Origin: Chthonomonas sp.
GTDB taxonomy: Bacteria; Armatimonadota; Fimbriimonadia; Fimbriimonadales; Fimbriimonadaceae
NCBI GenBank assembly: GCA_016788425.1
Contig: JAEURQ010000003.1
Location: 29,282-93,281 of the forward strand
Direction: 5' to 3'
DNA length: 64,000 nt
The translations under genes were made by a program, and so were the position numbers. This document shows, piece after piece, positions 25,609 through 34,141 of this stretch; within the stretch, counting starts at the first letter, position 1, and every line of letters starts with the position of its first letter. Under the pieces are notes generated by a model. That model made no database searches. It saw only the letters and a list, made by a program, of their open reading frames with translations, and was not told the DNA's origin.

Positions 25609-26937
25609 GTGAATCTGAAGTCGCTCTCCCTTGTCCTTGGCGCTCTGAGCCTTGGCGCAAGCGCCATGGCCGCCGACCTTTGGATGTGCTCCAACAACGG
25701 CATTCAGCGCATCGTTACGCTCAGCCCGGTGGATGGCAGCGTGGTGGACCAAAACTTCATCACGATGAGCGGCGTGTCGTCCGGACTTATTGCCCGCTGC
25801 GCAACGCAGATTGACGACCGCATCTACATGTCGGTGACCGCCAACAATGTCGTGCAGGTGTACACGCTCGACGGCGTTTTGGTGAACAGCATCACGGTCG
25901 CCACGCCGAATGGAATTCGCTACATCAATGGCGAAGTTTATGTGTGCAGCGGTGGCACGCCCAAGCAGGTCATTCGCATGACGAAATCCGGCTTGGTGCT
26001 CGGCAGTTTCACGGTTCCCGACAGCCCCATGGATGTGATCCAGGTTGGCAGCGAACTCCGCGTTTCGATCTACAACGCGAGCCAAACCACAAACATTTCG
26101 GCGATTCAACGCTACTCGTTGACCGGGATCGATCTCGGCGCTCTCTACACCAACATCGCCGGTCCGCAACAGATTCAACCGCTGAGCAACGGCAACCTGC
26201 TGGTGGGCGGGTTTGTCCAAACCGGCACCCGACCCAGCGGCATCTACGACATCACGTCGGCGGGCACGCTTGCCCCAGGATTGCCGAACCCGTTCGCCAT
26301 CGGTTGGAAGGTGCGCGGCGTGGCTCTGCTCGACACCGGCAACTACTTGATGACCAAGGCCGACGGCATTTTCCTTTACAATAAGGCGACCGACCTGGAG
26401 ACTTCGCTGACTACGGGTTCCGGCCACTTCATCAACCGTGTGAAGTACACGTCGGCCGACATCTCCGCGAACAACCCGGCGCTGACTGGCACCGATCGGC
26501 TCCGCAACGTGTTCGTCGAGCTTCGCGATACGTCGAACGGTAGCGTGGTGGCCAGCTTCACCAAGGTTGGTGGATTCGGCCCGGCCCTTAGCGCCACGGC
26601 GCGCACGTTTGCCAACAACGGCAACTACGACATCGCGATCCGATCCGAAGGCACTCTCTGGCGAATTCTCCGCAACCAGCCGTTCAACATCAACTCGGCG
26701 CTTAACGCGTCGGTGACGCTGGTCAGCGGCGACATCAAGGCGGACAACATCGTGGATATCGGCGACTACTCGCAACTGGCGATGGCGTTTGATGCGACTT
26801 CCGGCGACGCCAACTGGGCGACTCCCAACGGCGAAGGCATCGCTCCGCGCGACTGCGACCTGACCAATGACGGCTTTGTTGACATCGCCGACTACACCGT
26901 GCTCGCCGCCAACTTCGACGCCAGCGGGGACAACTAA
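25609..26937 (+). CDS. Secreted beta-propeller-like protein with two C-terminal dockerin/EF-hand-like repeats
   Basis: Signal peptide LSLVLGALSLGASAMA. Repeated strand-rich segments. The C-terminus has GDIKADNIVDIGDYSQLAMAF and DLTNDGFVDIADYTVLAANF. Confidence 0.7.
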   Translation: MNLKSLSLVLGALSLGASAMAADLWMCSNNGIQRIVTLSPVDGSVVDQNFITMSGVSSGLIARCATQIDDRIYMSVTANNVVQVYTLDGVLVNSITVATPNGIRYINGEVYVCSGGTPKQVIRMTKSGLVLGSFTVPDSPMDVIQVGSELRVSIYNASQTTNISAIQRYSLTGIDLGALYTNIAGPQQIQPLSNGNLLVGGFVQTGTRPSGIYDITSAGTLAPGLPNPFAIGWKVRGVALLDTGNYLMTKADGIFLYNKATDLETSLTTGSGHFINRVKYTSADISANNPALTGTDRLRNVFVELRDTSNGSVVASFTKVGGFGPALSATARTFANNGNYDIAIRSEGTLWRILRNQPFNINSALNASVTLVSGDIKADNIVDIGDYSQLAMAFDATSGDANWATPNGEGIAPRDCDLTNDGFVDIADYTVLAANFDASGDN

Positions 26938-26940
26938 GCT

Positions 26941-27621
26941 CTGATCAAGAAGGCGGTTGTTTTACTGAGCGGTGGCCTGGACAGCGCGACCGTGGCCGCG
27001 ATTGCGCGCGCCGAAGGCTTTTCCGTGCACGCCATGACGATGAGCTACGGCCAGCGCCATGCGGTGGAGATAGAGGCGGCCAAGCGCGTCGCCGCCGGGC
27101 TCGGCGTGGCCGACCATATCCTTGTGGACATCCCGCTCGCCCAGTGGGGCGGTTCGGCGCTGACCGCCGATATCGCGGTGCCCAAGGGTCGCGACTCCGC
27201 GGAGATGGAGGCGAATATTCCGGTGACCTATGTTCCGGCGCGGAACACCGTGTTCCTTTCGTTTGCTTTGGGCTACGCCGAGGTCATCGGCGCGCGCGAC
27301 ATTTTCGCCGGGATGAACCAGGTGGACTACTCGGGCTATCCGGATTGTCGCCCGGAGTTTGTCGCCGCCTTTGAAAACCTGGCCAACCTCGCGACGAAGG
27401 CGGGCGTGGAGGGCGATCGGTTCCGCATTCACGCGCCGCTGATGAACATGGATAAGGCGCAGATTATTCGCCGCGGCGAGGAGCTTGGCGTGGACTTCGC
27501 CTGGACCCACAGCTGCTACGACCCGGGCCCCGATGGCCGCGCTTGCGGCGAATGCGATAGCTGCCTCATTCGCATTCGCGCATTCGCCGAGCTTGGCCGC
27601 ACCGATCCGGTGCTCGCATGA
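26941..27621 (+). CDS. queC: 7-cyano-7-deazaguanine synthase QueC
   Basis: The PP-loop [15 protein letters not shown] is encoded upstream of the first GTG (26992). The gene is in the same frame as the upstream gene and begins 1-2 codons after its TAA. The start is therefore CTG 26941 or ATC 26944. C-terminal zinc site CGECDSC. Confidence 0.9.
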   Translation: MIKKAVVLLSGGLDSATVAAIARAEGFSVHAMTMSYGQRHAVEIEAAKRVAAGLGVADHILVDIPLAQWGGSALTADIAVPKGRDSAEMEANIPVTYVPARNTVFLSFALGYAEVIGARDIFAGMNQVDYSGYPDCRPEFVAAFENLANLATKAGVEGDRFRIHAPLMNMDKAQIIRRGEELGVDFAWTHSCYDPGPDGRACGECDSCLIRIRAFAELGRTDPVLA

Positions 27622-28337
27622 CCCGGCTCAGCGAGTTTTTCACCTCAGTGCAGGGCGAGGGCATTTGGATGGGCGTACCGAGTACCTTTGTGCGATTCTC
27701 CGGCTGCAATCTGCGGTGCGTGTGGTGCGACACGCCCTATGCGAGCTGGGCGCCCGAGGGGCCGCCCGTGGCTCCGGAGGACATTGTGGCGCGGGTAAGG
27801 GCGGCGGGCATGAACCACGTGGTTCTCACGGGCGGCGAACCCATGCTGTTTGACGATTTGGAGGTGATCTGCCGATCGTTGGGTGACGCGGGCCACACGA
27901 TTACGATTGAAACCGCGGGCACGATTTTCCGCGACTTGCCCTGTGATCTCATGTCCATCAGCCCAAAGCTGAGCCACTCGACGCCGCGGGAGCGCCGACA
28001 CGCCGACCCGTCGGTGACCACGGAGTTAAGCGCGACCTGGCCGGAGCGGCATGAGCAGGAGCGGCTCCAAATTCCGGTGCTGTCGCAGTTGATTGAGAGC
28101 TACAACCACCAGCTAAAGTTCGTGGTCGCCAATCCAGGTGACCTTCAGGAGATTGAGGAGTTGCTTGCGCAGTTGCCCGCGGTCAGTCCCGACCGGGTGT
28201 TGCTGATGCCCGAGGGCCGCGACTCGGCCGCGCTCAACGCCAGTTTGCGCGGGCTCGTGCCGCTCGCAATGGCCCGCGGTTGGCGTCTTGCACCCCGACT
28301 GCACATCGACCTTTTTGGAGATGTAAGAGAAACGTAA
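27618..28337 (+). CDS. queE: 7-carboxy-7-deazaguanine synthase QueE (radical SAM)
   Basis: [36 protein letters not shown] overlap with queC. Confidence 0.9.
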   Translation: MTRLSEFFTSVQGEGIWMGVPSTFVRFSGCNLRCVWCDTPYASWAPEGPPVAPEDIVARVRAAGMNHVVLTGGEPMLFDDLEVICRSLGDAGHTITIETAGTIFRDLPCDLMSISPKLSHSTPRERRHADPSVTTELSATWPERHEQERLQIPVLSQLIESYNHQLKFVVANPGDLQEIEELLAQLPAVSPDRVLLMPEGRDSAALNASLRGLVPLAMARGWRLAPRLHIDLFGDVRET

Positions 28338-28458
28338 GAACTTTTTTCAGAGAAGTGTCACACTTTAGCCGTCAAACGACAATAAGAAGCAAGATGCCTC
28401 GAAAGAAGGCAGCAGAAGTACGCTCCGAGAAATCGAAGCAAAACAGAGACACAACCTT

Positions 28459-28501
28459 GGCTTGTTCCGACTGACCTCTCCTGGAACAAGCCTATTTTTT
28501 T
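28459..28501 (+). terminator. Rho-independent terminator about 120 nt downstream of queE
   Basis: GGCTTGTTCC-N14-GGAACAAGCC followed by TATTTTTTT. Confidence 0.65.
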
Positions 28502-28522
28502 GCCTCAAGTACAATAGGTTTC

Positions 28523-28675
28523 GTGAAGAAGCAACCCTCCGCCACCCCGCTCACCGTGATCCTCGTGGTGGTTTTGCTGGCTTCTCTCTATCTGCTCTGG
28601 ATCCGTCCCATGCAATCTCCGCCGAAGGTCGAGGTCTCGTTTGAGCGATCCGTCCCCGCCGCAACCCCGAAATAA
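28523..28675 (+). CDS. Possible 50-aa single-pass membrane protein (below the ORF-track size cut-off)
   Basis: My translation is VKKQPSATPLTVILVVVLLASLYLLWIRPMQSPPKVEVSFERSVPAATPK*. It has GC-rich third codon positions like the genuine genes here and one clear TM helix. The Shine-Dalgarno is weak. Confidence 0.4.
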   Translation: MKKQPSATPLTVILVVVLLASLYLLWIRPMQSPPKVEVSFERSVPAATPK

Positions 28676-28695
28676 ATGGTCCTATTTCGGCGAAG

Positions 28696-28808
28696 GTACT
28701 TCCGCTATTTTCGACCCATTTGAGTAAGATTTGTGAGAATACTTTCATGAATCCGAAAATTGGGGCCAAAAGTACTTCCGCTATTTGGCAAAAAGCACTT
28801 CCGCTATT
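28696..28808 (+). repeat. Three same-orientation copies of G[T/C]ACTTCCGCTATT
   Basis: Copies are at 28696-28709, 28772-28785 and 28795-28808. The last two are 23 nt apart. They lie in the non-coding gap between convergent genes. Confidence 0.7.
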
Positions 28809-28844
28809 CTCGCGAAAGTGCCCTTACTTGCTTAGCTAGGTGGC

Positions 28845-30551
28845 CTACTCGGTGCGGGCCTTCGCTTCTTCGATGTCCAGGTTTGTCGGGATGCGGAACC
28901 AGAATGTCGAGCCCTTGCCGACTTCCGACTCGGCCCAGATTTTGCCGAAGTGGACTTCTTCCACCAAGTGCTTGACCAGGAAGAGGCCAAGGCCCGTGCC
29001 ATAGATCTTCCGGTTGTCGTCGTTGTTGACGCGGTGGAATCGTTCGAACACCTTGTTGATGTGCTCCTTCGGAATCCCCAGACCTTGGTCCTCGACGCCA
29101 ATGAGCATCGTGTCGCCGGGCTCCATCGTCGCGTGAATAATCACGTCGCCGCCGTTGGGCGCGTACTTAATCGCGTTGTTCAGCAGGTTCGTCAGGGCCT
29201 GGTCGAGCTTATCTTGGTCAGCCACGATCAGCGCCGGCAGTTCGTTCTGCACGTCCAGCTTGATCGTGTGCTTCGAGGTGGATTGCTGCTGCACCTTCAT
29301 CACCTTTTCGAGCAGGTCGCCCACGGAAACTTCGGTGTAGTTCGGCTTCAGCGATTCGCCCGCTTCGATGCGGCTCGTGTTGAGCAGGTCGTCAATAAGG
29401 CGGCGTAGGCGGTCGCACTCGTTCGTGACAATCGTCAAGAATTCACGGGTGTCGTCCTTGCTGTACAGATCGTCGTCAAGACCCTCGAGCAGCGTGCTGC
29501 TGAAGCCCTTGATGGCGGTGAGCGGCGTGCGGAGTTCGTGCGAGGCCATCGCCACAAACGTGCTCTTCATGCGCTCAATGTTCTTGATCTCGGTGACGTC
29601 GGTGAGAATGAGCACCACGCCGATTTCCTTGCCGTCTTCGCCGCGCACCTGCGCGCCTTGGACCTGGTAGATGCGGTCGCTGTTCTGCACCGAAACTTCA
29701 ATCTCAATGACTTGGCTTTCCTCGCCGCGACGGATCAGATCGATCAGCGCTTCGAGCTTGGGCTGGTTGCGCACGACTTCGGGGAATGGCTTGCCGGCAA
29801 CTTCGCCCGTGGTCGTGCCGAACATGGCGCGCGCCGAGCTGTTCATCTGGTTGATGCGTCCGTCCGAGCTCACGAGCATCAGGCCGGCGGACAGCGATTC
29901 GAACGTTTGGAGCAGCTCTTCGCGCTCTTCCACGACTTCGCGGTACAGCTGCAGGTTGGCGATAATCGAACCCACGTTCTTCGCCATGCGCTCCAGCAGT
30001 CGCACGTCTTCTTCGTTAAAATCTTCGCCGTGACGCTTGTTAAAGGCGTGCAACACGCCGATCATGCTGCGCTCGACGACGCGGTTTTCTTCGTCGCGCT
30101 TTTCGATGACGAGCGGCACGGTGATGGAATTCTGGGCACCGATCAGGGCGAAGTGGTCGTCCTCGCTGCGCTTGTCTTCGATCACGTTGTGAACGATCAG
30201 CGGCTCGCCCGAGCGGAATACTTCGCCGCTAATGCCGTGCGTGGCCCGAACCCGGAAGACGTCCAGGTGATCGTCGTCGATGTTGAACGCCGGAGGAATG
30301 CCAATGAGTTCACCGCGCTCGCGGTCAAAGAACATGATCGCAATCTTCTCGGCTTGCAGAATCATGGCGATCCGTTGCACGAGTCGTCGCAGCGTTGCCT
30401 CACCCTCAGTAATCGGGGTGGCGGCCTCCATCGTGCCCTCGGCACCACGAGCCTGTCCAGCTTGCGCGCGCAGTTGCGTGAGTTCAGCTTCGAGGGCGGC
30501 GACCTGTTTGCGCAGGCTCTCTAACTCTTGATTGGGGTCCATCACAGCCAT
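28845..30551 (-). CDS. Sensor histidine kinase, cytoplasmic, coiled-coil + GAF + PAS + HisKA + HATPase
   Basis: H-box MASHELRTPLTAIKG, N-box LLNNAIKYAP, G-boxes EDQGLGI and GTGLGLFLV. No TM segment and no adjacent response regulator. Confidence 0.9.
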   Translation of the reverse strand: MAVMDPNQELESLRKQVAALEAELTQLRAQAGQARGAEGTMEAATPITEGEATLRRLVQRIAMILQAEKIAIMFFDRERGELIGIPPAFNIDDDHLDVFRVRATHGISGEVFRSGEPLIVHNVIEDKRSEDDHFALIGAQNSITVPLVIEKRDEENRVVERSMIGVLHAFNKRHGEDFNEEDVRLLERMAKNVGSIIANLQLYREVVEEREELLQTFESLSAGLMLVSSDGRINQMNSSARAMFGTTTGEVAGKPFPEVVRNQPKLEALIDLIRRGEESQVIEIEVSVQNSDRIYQVQGAQVRGEDGKEIGVVLILTDVTEIKNIERMKSTFVAMASHELRTPLTAIKGFSSTLLEGLDDDLYSKDDTREFLTIVTNECDRLRRLIDDLLNTSRIEAGESLKPNYTEVSVGDLLEKVMKVQQQSTSKHTIKLDVQNELPALIVADQDKLDQALTNLLNNAIKYAPNGGDVIIHATMEPGDTMLIGVEDQGLGIPKEHINKVFERFHRVNNDDNRKIYGTGLGLFLVKHLVEEVHFGKIWAESEVGKGSTFWFRIPTNLDIEEAKARTE

Positions 30552-30655
30552 GTATCCAAACTGACCACCAGTGGGTCAGACATTGTCGCATTGTACCTAG
30601 CACGAGTCGGTTCGGGCGAAGCCCACGAAATGGAATCGGTCATAATGAGGCCCAG

Positions 30656-31321
30656 ATGGCGCACTTGGAGGAATTGCCGCTTTTTCCGCTGCATAGCGTC
30701 CTGTTCCCCTACTCGTCTCTTCATCTCAACGTATTTGAGGACCGATATCGCCAAATGATTCGGACCTGCCTAGAATTTGACCAACCTTTTGGCATCGTGC
30801 TGATTCGCAGTGGTCAGGAAGTAGGCGATCTCGCCGAGCCATTTTTGATCGGCACCGCCGTGCGCATCGCGAGCATGGAAGAACTGCCGGATGGTCGGCT
30901 CGATGTTCATGTCGAAGGCGAGCGCCGATTCCGCGTGCGGCGCCTCGACGAATCGCAGCCGTATCTGATCGGGCATGTGGAGCCCGTCGGCGAAGTCGAA
31001 GTCGAGAATCCGGTGCGCACCGAAGCTCTGATGGCGCGCGCCACGGAGCTGTTCCAAGACCTGATCCAGATGGAAATTGGGCGACGCGACTTTAACGTCG
31101 AGATCCGCGCGAGCCGCGACCCGAGCGTGCTGTCGTTCGTCATCGCCGGGTTTCTGCCGATGGAAAATCTCGACAAGCAACGCCTGCTCGAACTCACCGA
31201 CCCCGACGAGCGGCTTTCGATTTTGATCGGGGTGATGGAGAAATCGCTGGCGGATAGCATTCAGCCGAAGTTGCTGCGGGTGGGGATTGAGCACTTCCGC
31301 GACTGGGTCTGCGACAACTAA
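30656..31321 (+). CDS. Stand-alone LON N-terminal (substrate-binding, PUA-like) domain protein
   Basis: LPLFPLHSVLFPYSSLHLNVFEDRYRQMI is the typical start of the Lon N-domain family. About 220 aa with no AAA or protease part. Confidence 0.8.
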   Translation: MAHLEELPLFPLHSVLFPYSSLHLNVFEDRYRQMIRTCLEFDQPFGIVLIRSGQEVGDLAEPFLIGTAVRIASMEELPDGRLDVHVEGERRFRVRRLDESQPYLIGHVEPVGEVEVENPVRTEALMARATELFQDLIQMEIGRRDFNVEIRASRDPSVLSFVIAGFLPMENLDKQRLLELTDPDERLSILIGVMEKSLADSIQPKLLRVGIEHFRDWVCDN

Positions 31322-31713
31322 TTCAGGGCCACGACTTGATCGGAGGTGTTTAGCTTCGCCATCTCGCCGCGCCGGGCTTTGTGCCCCCATGCGGCAATCT
31401 TTGGCCAATTGCGGATGATTCGGGCCGCATCGTCATACAGCTTCTCATTTTTGGGCGACTGCCGAATGTAAATCGCCCGGCACCCATGCTTTCGCAACGC
31501 GGCTAGCTCAGCCTGGCGTCGTCGCTGATTCTGGTCCTTGCTAACGATGATCCATTCGCGGCGACCACATTCCGGGATCCATTCAAGGTCAGGCGTATCC
31601 GTGGCGAACTTATCACGGAGCGCAAAAATCTCAACGTCATCGGGCGGCACCAACTCTCGAAGCGCATTAACCACGCGAAACGAAATGTCGTTATCGAACA
31701 GAAACGTGACCAA
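31318..31713 (-). CDS. PIN-like (DUF5615/VapC45-like) putative toxin
   Basis: MVTFLFDNDISFRVVNALREL...IIVSKDQN fits the DUF5615-type pattern (acidic N-terminal strand, second acidic motif). It overlaps the upstream DUF433 gene by 23 nt. Confidence 0.65.
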   Translation of the reverse strand: MVTFLFDNDISFRVVNALRELVPPDDVEIFALRDKFATDTPDLEWIPECGRREWIIVSKDQNQRRRQAELAALRKHGCRAIYIRQSPKNEKLYDDAARIIRNWPKIAAWGHKARRGEMAKLNTSDQVVALN

Positions 31714-32362
31714 CTAAGCCTCGCTCAAACTCAACCGCATCCTTCACGGCATTGGCCGTAGTGCCGTAGAACCACGAAACTTGGGCCGGAGTTTCCCCCG
31801 CCAAAACCGCGCTTGCCAGCACAAAGGTATGCGTTCCCGAAGTGTCGTCAATCGGCTTGCCAAAGGCGCGCGTAGGAGTTACGAGAACCGCGTGACTGGC
31901 GCCAAGCGGACGCCACTCAGACGTAAAGTCGCCGAGGTGCACAAGCTGCTTGCCTAAGGTCGCGAACAGCACCGCCTGCCCCGAGAGCGCCCCGCGCCAC
32001 TCCTCGTTTTCTTTGGTCAACAGTTCACGCCCACCGACCGCGAAACGCTGCGTGGCGAACGGATAGTCCACGTCCCACTCGGAGCGGTACCGATTCGCGA
32101 CTTGCCGAATCAGGTCAAGCTTGATGCCGATGCGTCGAAACTCGCGCACGTACATCAACTCCACGAGGTCGCCAAAAGATAACGTTGGCTCAGCCTTTGG
32201 GGCAAGAACAGGCGAGTATTGCTTAGGTCCAGTGCGCAACTCTTGCACATATCCGCGCACCCACCGCCACAAAGTGGCCGATGGCGTGCGCAGCAATCGT
32301 GCCGCATCGCTGACCGAGTACAGTCCAATCCCTAGACTCTCTTCACGTTGATCCATAGCCAA
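31691..32362 (-). CDS. VapB45-like antitoxin: N-terminal HTH plus C-terminal DUF433
   Basis: HTH YSVSDAARLLRTPSATLWRWVRGY. The C-terminus AFGKPIDDTSGTHTFVLASAVLAGETPAQVSWFYGTTANAVKDAVEF fits the DUF433 pattern. Confidence 0.65.
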   Translation of the reverse strand: MAMDQREESLGIGLYSVSDAARLLRTPSATLWRWVRGYVQELRTGPKQYSPVLAPKAEPTLSFGDLVELMYVREFRRIGIKLDLIRQVANRYRSEWDVDYPFATQRFAVGGRELLTKENEEWRGALSGQAVLFATLGKQLVHLGDFTSEWRPLGASHAVLVTPTRAFGKPIDDTSGTHTFVLASAVLAGETPAQVSWFYGTTANAVKDAVEFERGLVGHVSVR

Positions 32363-32391
32363 AGTTTCGACGTCGCAAGTATACAGCGAAC

Positions 32392-33495
32392 TTACAAAAT
32401 CTCCGCCAAAACTTGATTACACAGCGGCCTTCCCGCCGCCGTCAGCACCAGTCGATCGCCCTCGCGGGCGACCCAATCCCGCGCCAACGCGCGCTCCACA
32501 CCCGCCGAATCCAGCGCGGGCTCGCTGGCCGCGACCCCGTCGTTCAAGCGCAACCCCAGCATCACCCGCTCAAAAGCCAGCATGTCGTCGGTTACGTCCT
32601 CGCCGTCGCAGCTGAGTTCGGCGCCCTGCTCCACCGCGTCGCAGTAGCGCTCGGGGTGCTTCATGTTCGTCGAGCGGCGTCGGCCAACGCGGCCCACTGC
32701 GCCCGGACCGTACCCGGCGTACTCCTCGGCGCGCCAATAGCAAAGGTTGTGCTGGCACTCACGACCCGGGCGGGCGAAGTTGCTGATCTCATACTGGCCG
32801 AGGCCATTTTCGTGCGCCACGCGGGCGGCCACCGACAGCATTTCCAAATGATCGTCCTCGCTCGGGAGGTTCAAGAGCCCGCGCCGATCGTAGCGATAAA
32901 ATCGCGTGTTGGCCTCAATCGTCAAGCCGTACAGGCTCAGGTGCTCAGGCCGAAGCAACATCGCCAGCTCAAGATTGTTCGCCCAGGCACGGGGCGTTTG
33001 ACCAGGCAACCCGAAAATCAGGTCGAGATTCAGATTGTCGAACCCCGCTTGGCGGGCCGCGAGCACCGCGCGACCAATGTCGCTGGCATCATGGACGCGG
33101 CCCAGGCGCATGAGGTCGCCGCTCGCGAAACTCTGCGCGCCGAGGCTCAGCCGGTTGAACCCCGCCTCACGCATCGCGGCAAACTTGGGCGTGTCCACTG
33201 TGCCGGGATTTCCTTCGCTAGTGATCTCACAGCCAGCCACGGGCGGATGCGTCGCCAACACCGCCGCCAGCAACCGACAAATCTGTTCGGACGACAAGAA
33301 CGTCGGCGTTCCGCCCCCAAAAAAGACCGTCTTCGCGGGCCGCCCCGCAATCGGCGAACTCAGAATCTCGCGTTCCATTGCTTGTACCGTGCGTTCGTGA
33401 ATGTCGCCCGTCATCGCGTAGCTATTGAAGTCGCAGTAGCCGCATTTGCTCGGGCAAAACGGCACGTGCACGTACACGGCAATCGGCTCAGCCAT
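32392..33495 (-). CDS. hemW: Radical SAM heme chaperone HemW (HemN-like, oxygen-independent coproporphyrinogen oxidase family)
   Basis: YVHVPFCPSKCGYCDFNS, GGGTPTF and a HemN C-terminal-type domain. Confidence 0.9.
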   Translation of the reverse strand: MAEPIAVYVHVPFCPSKCGYCDFNSYAMTGDIHERTVQAMEREILSSPIAGRPAKTVFFGGGTPTFLSSEQICRLLAAVLATHPPVAGCEITSEGNPGTVDTPKFAAMREAGFNRLSLGAQSFASGDLMRLGRVHDASDIGRAVLAARQAGFDNLNLDLIFGLPGQTPRAWANNLELAMLLRPEHLSLYGLTIEANTRFYRYDRRGLLNLPSEDDHLEMLSVAARVAHENGLGQYEISNFARPGRECQHNLCYWRAEEYAGYGPGAVGRVGRRRSTNMKHPERYCDAVEQGAELSCDGEDVTDDMLAFERVMLGLRLNDGVAASEPALDSAGVERALARDWVAREGDRLVLTAAGRPLCNQVLAEIL

Positions 33496-34141
33496 GGCCC
33501 ATCCGCCGCTCGGCTTCCTGCTCCAGCCGATTCATTTCGTCCTGCAATTGCTGTTTCAGCGCCAGCATTTCTTCGGCGGAGGCGGTGCGCGGAACCAGAA
33601 TCGGCTCCCCGAAAATCATGATCGCCCGCGAAAACAGCTTCGGCACCATGTAGCTGTCCCACGTTCCGATGAGCCAGCGCCGCGCCGCGCTGACACCGAC
33701 CGGCACAATCTCCGCGCCGCTCTTTTGGGCCATCGCGATGATGCCGTCCTGCACGATATGCGTCGGACCGCGCGGCCCGTCGGGCGTAAACGCCATCGTC
33801 TCGCCTTGTTTGAGCACGCGGATACTCTCGACGAGCACCTTGACCGCGCCGCGATTACTACTCCCACGGATGGTCTTGTAGCCGAACCGCGTGAAGATGC
33901 GATTCTGCATTTCGCCATCGCGGCTGGTGCTGATGATCGTCCACAACCCCTTATGCCGGAACAGGGTAGCGGCGATAAACGTGCGCCCATGCCAACCCGA
34001 GAAAATGCGTCCGCCCGGCTTGCCCTCGTACCGGTCGAGCCCCTCGACCGTGAGCCGAAGCGACATGCCGATGAGGCGCACCACCCAGTAAATCGGCGCG
34101 CTCAGCACGTAGGGCCGGACGGACCGCCACCACCGCTTCAT
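33488..34141 (-). CDS. DUF374-family lysophospholipid acyltransferase-like protein
   Basis: GWHGRTF...STSRDGEMQNRIFTRFGYKTIRGSSNRGAVK...AFTPDGPRGP. Confidence 0.8.
   Translation of the reverse strand: MKRWWRSVRPYVLSAPIYWVVRLIGMSLRLTVEGLDRYEGKPGGRIFSGWHGRTFIAATLFRHKGLWTIISTSRDGEMQNRIFTRFGYKTIRGSSNRGAVKVLVESIRVLKQGETMAFTPDGPRGPTHIVQDGIIAMAQKSGAEIVPVGVSAARRWLIGTWDSYMVPKLFSRAIMIFGEPILVPRTASAEEMLALKQQLQDEMNRLEQEAERRMGHG

Noticed and set aside
25522-26775. 417-aa minus-strand ORF opposite the dockerin-like gene
   Set aside because: The plus-strand product has a signal peptide and recognisable repeats. The minus-strand translation is R/A/V/D-rich junk.
26880-26945. preQ1 riboswitch upstream of queC
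   Set aside because: There is no intergenic space, because queC starts 1-2 codons after the preceding stop. The ACAACUAAG stretch resembles the riboswitch tail only superficially, and I could find no P1 stem.
28394-28474. 26-codon ORF MPRKKAAEVRSEKSKQNRDTTLACSD as a protein-coding gene
   Set aside because: Its third-position GC is atypically low for this genome, the Shine-Dalgarno is weak, and its stop sits inside the terminator loop. I kept it only as a remark within the intergenic-region finding.
28845-30551. Orphan GAF-PAS histidine kinase as part of a novel signalling system
   Set aside because: Orphan cytoplasmic kinases are common. No partner or unusual domain is visible, so it is recorded only as a feature.
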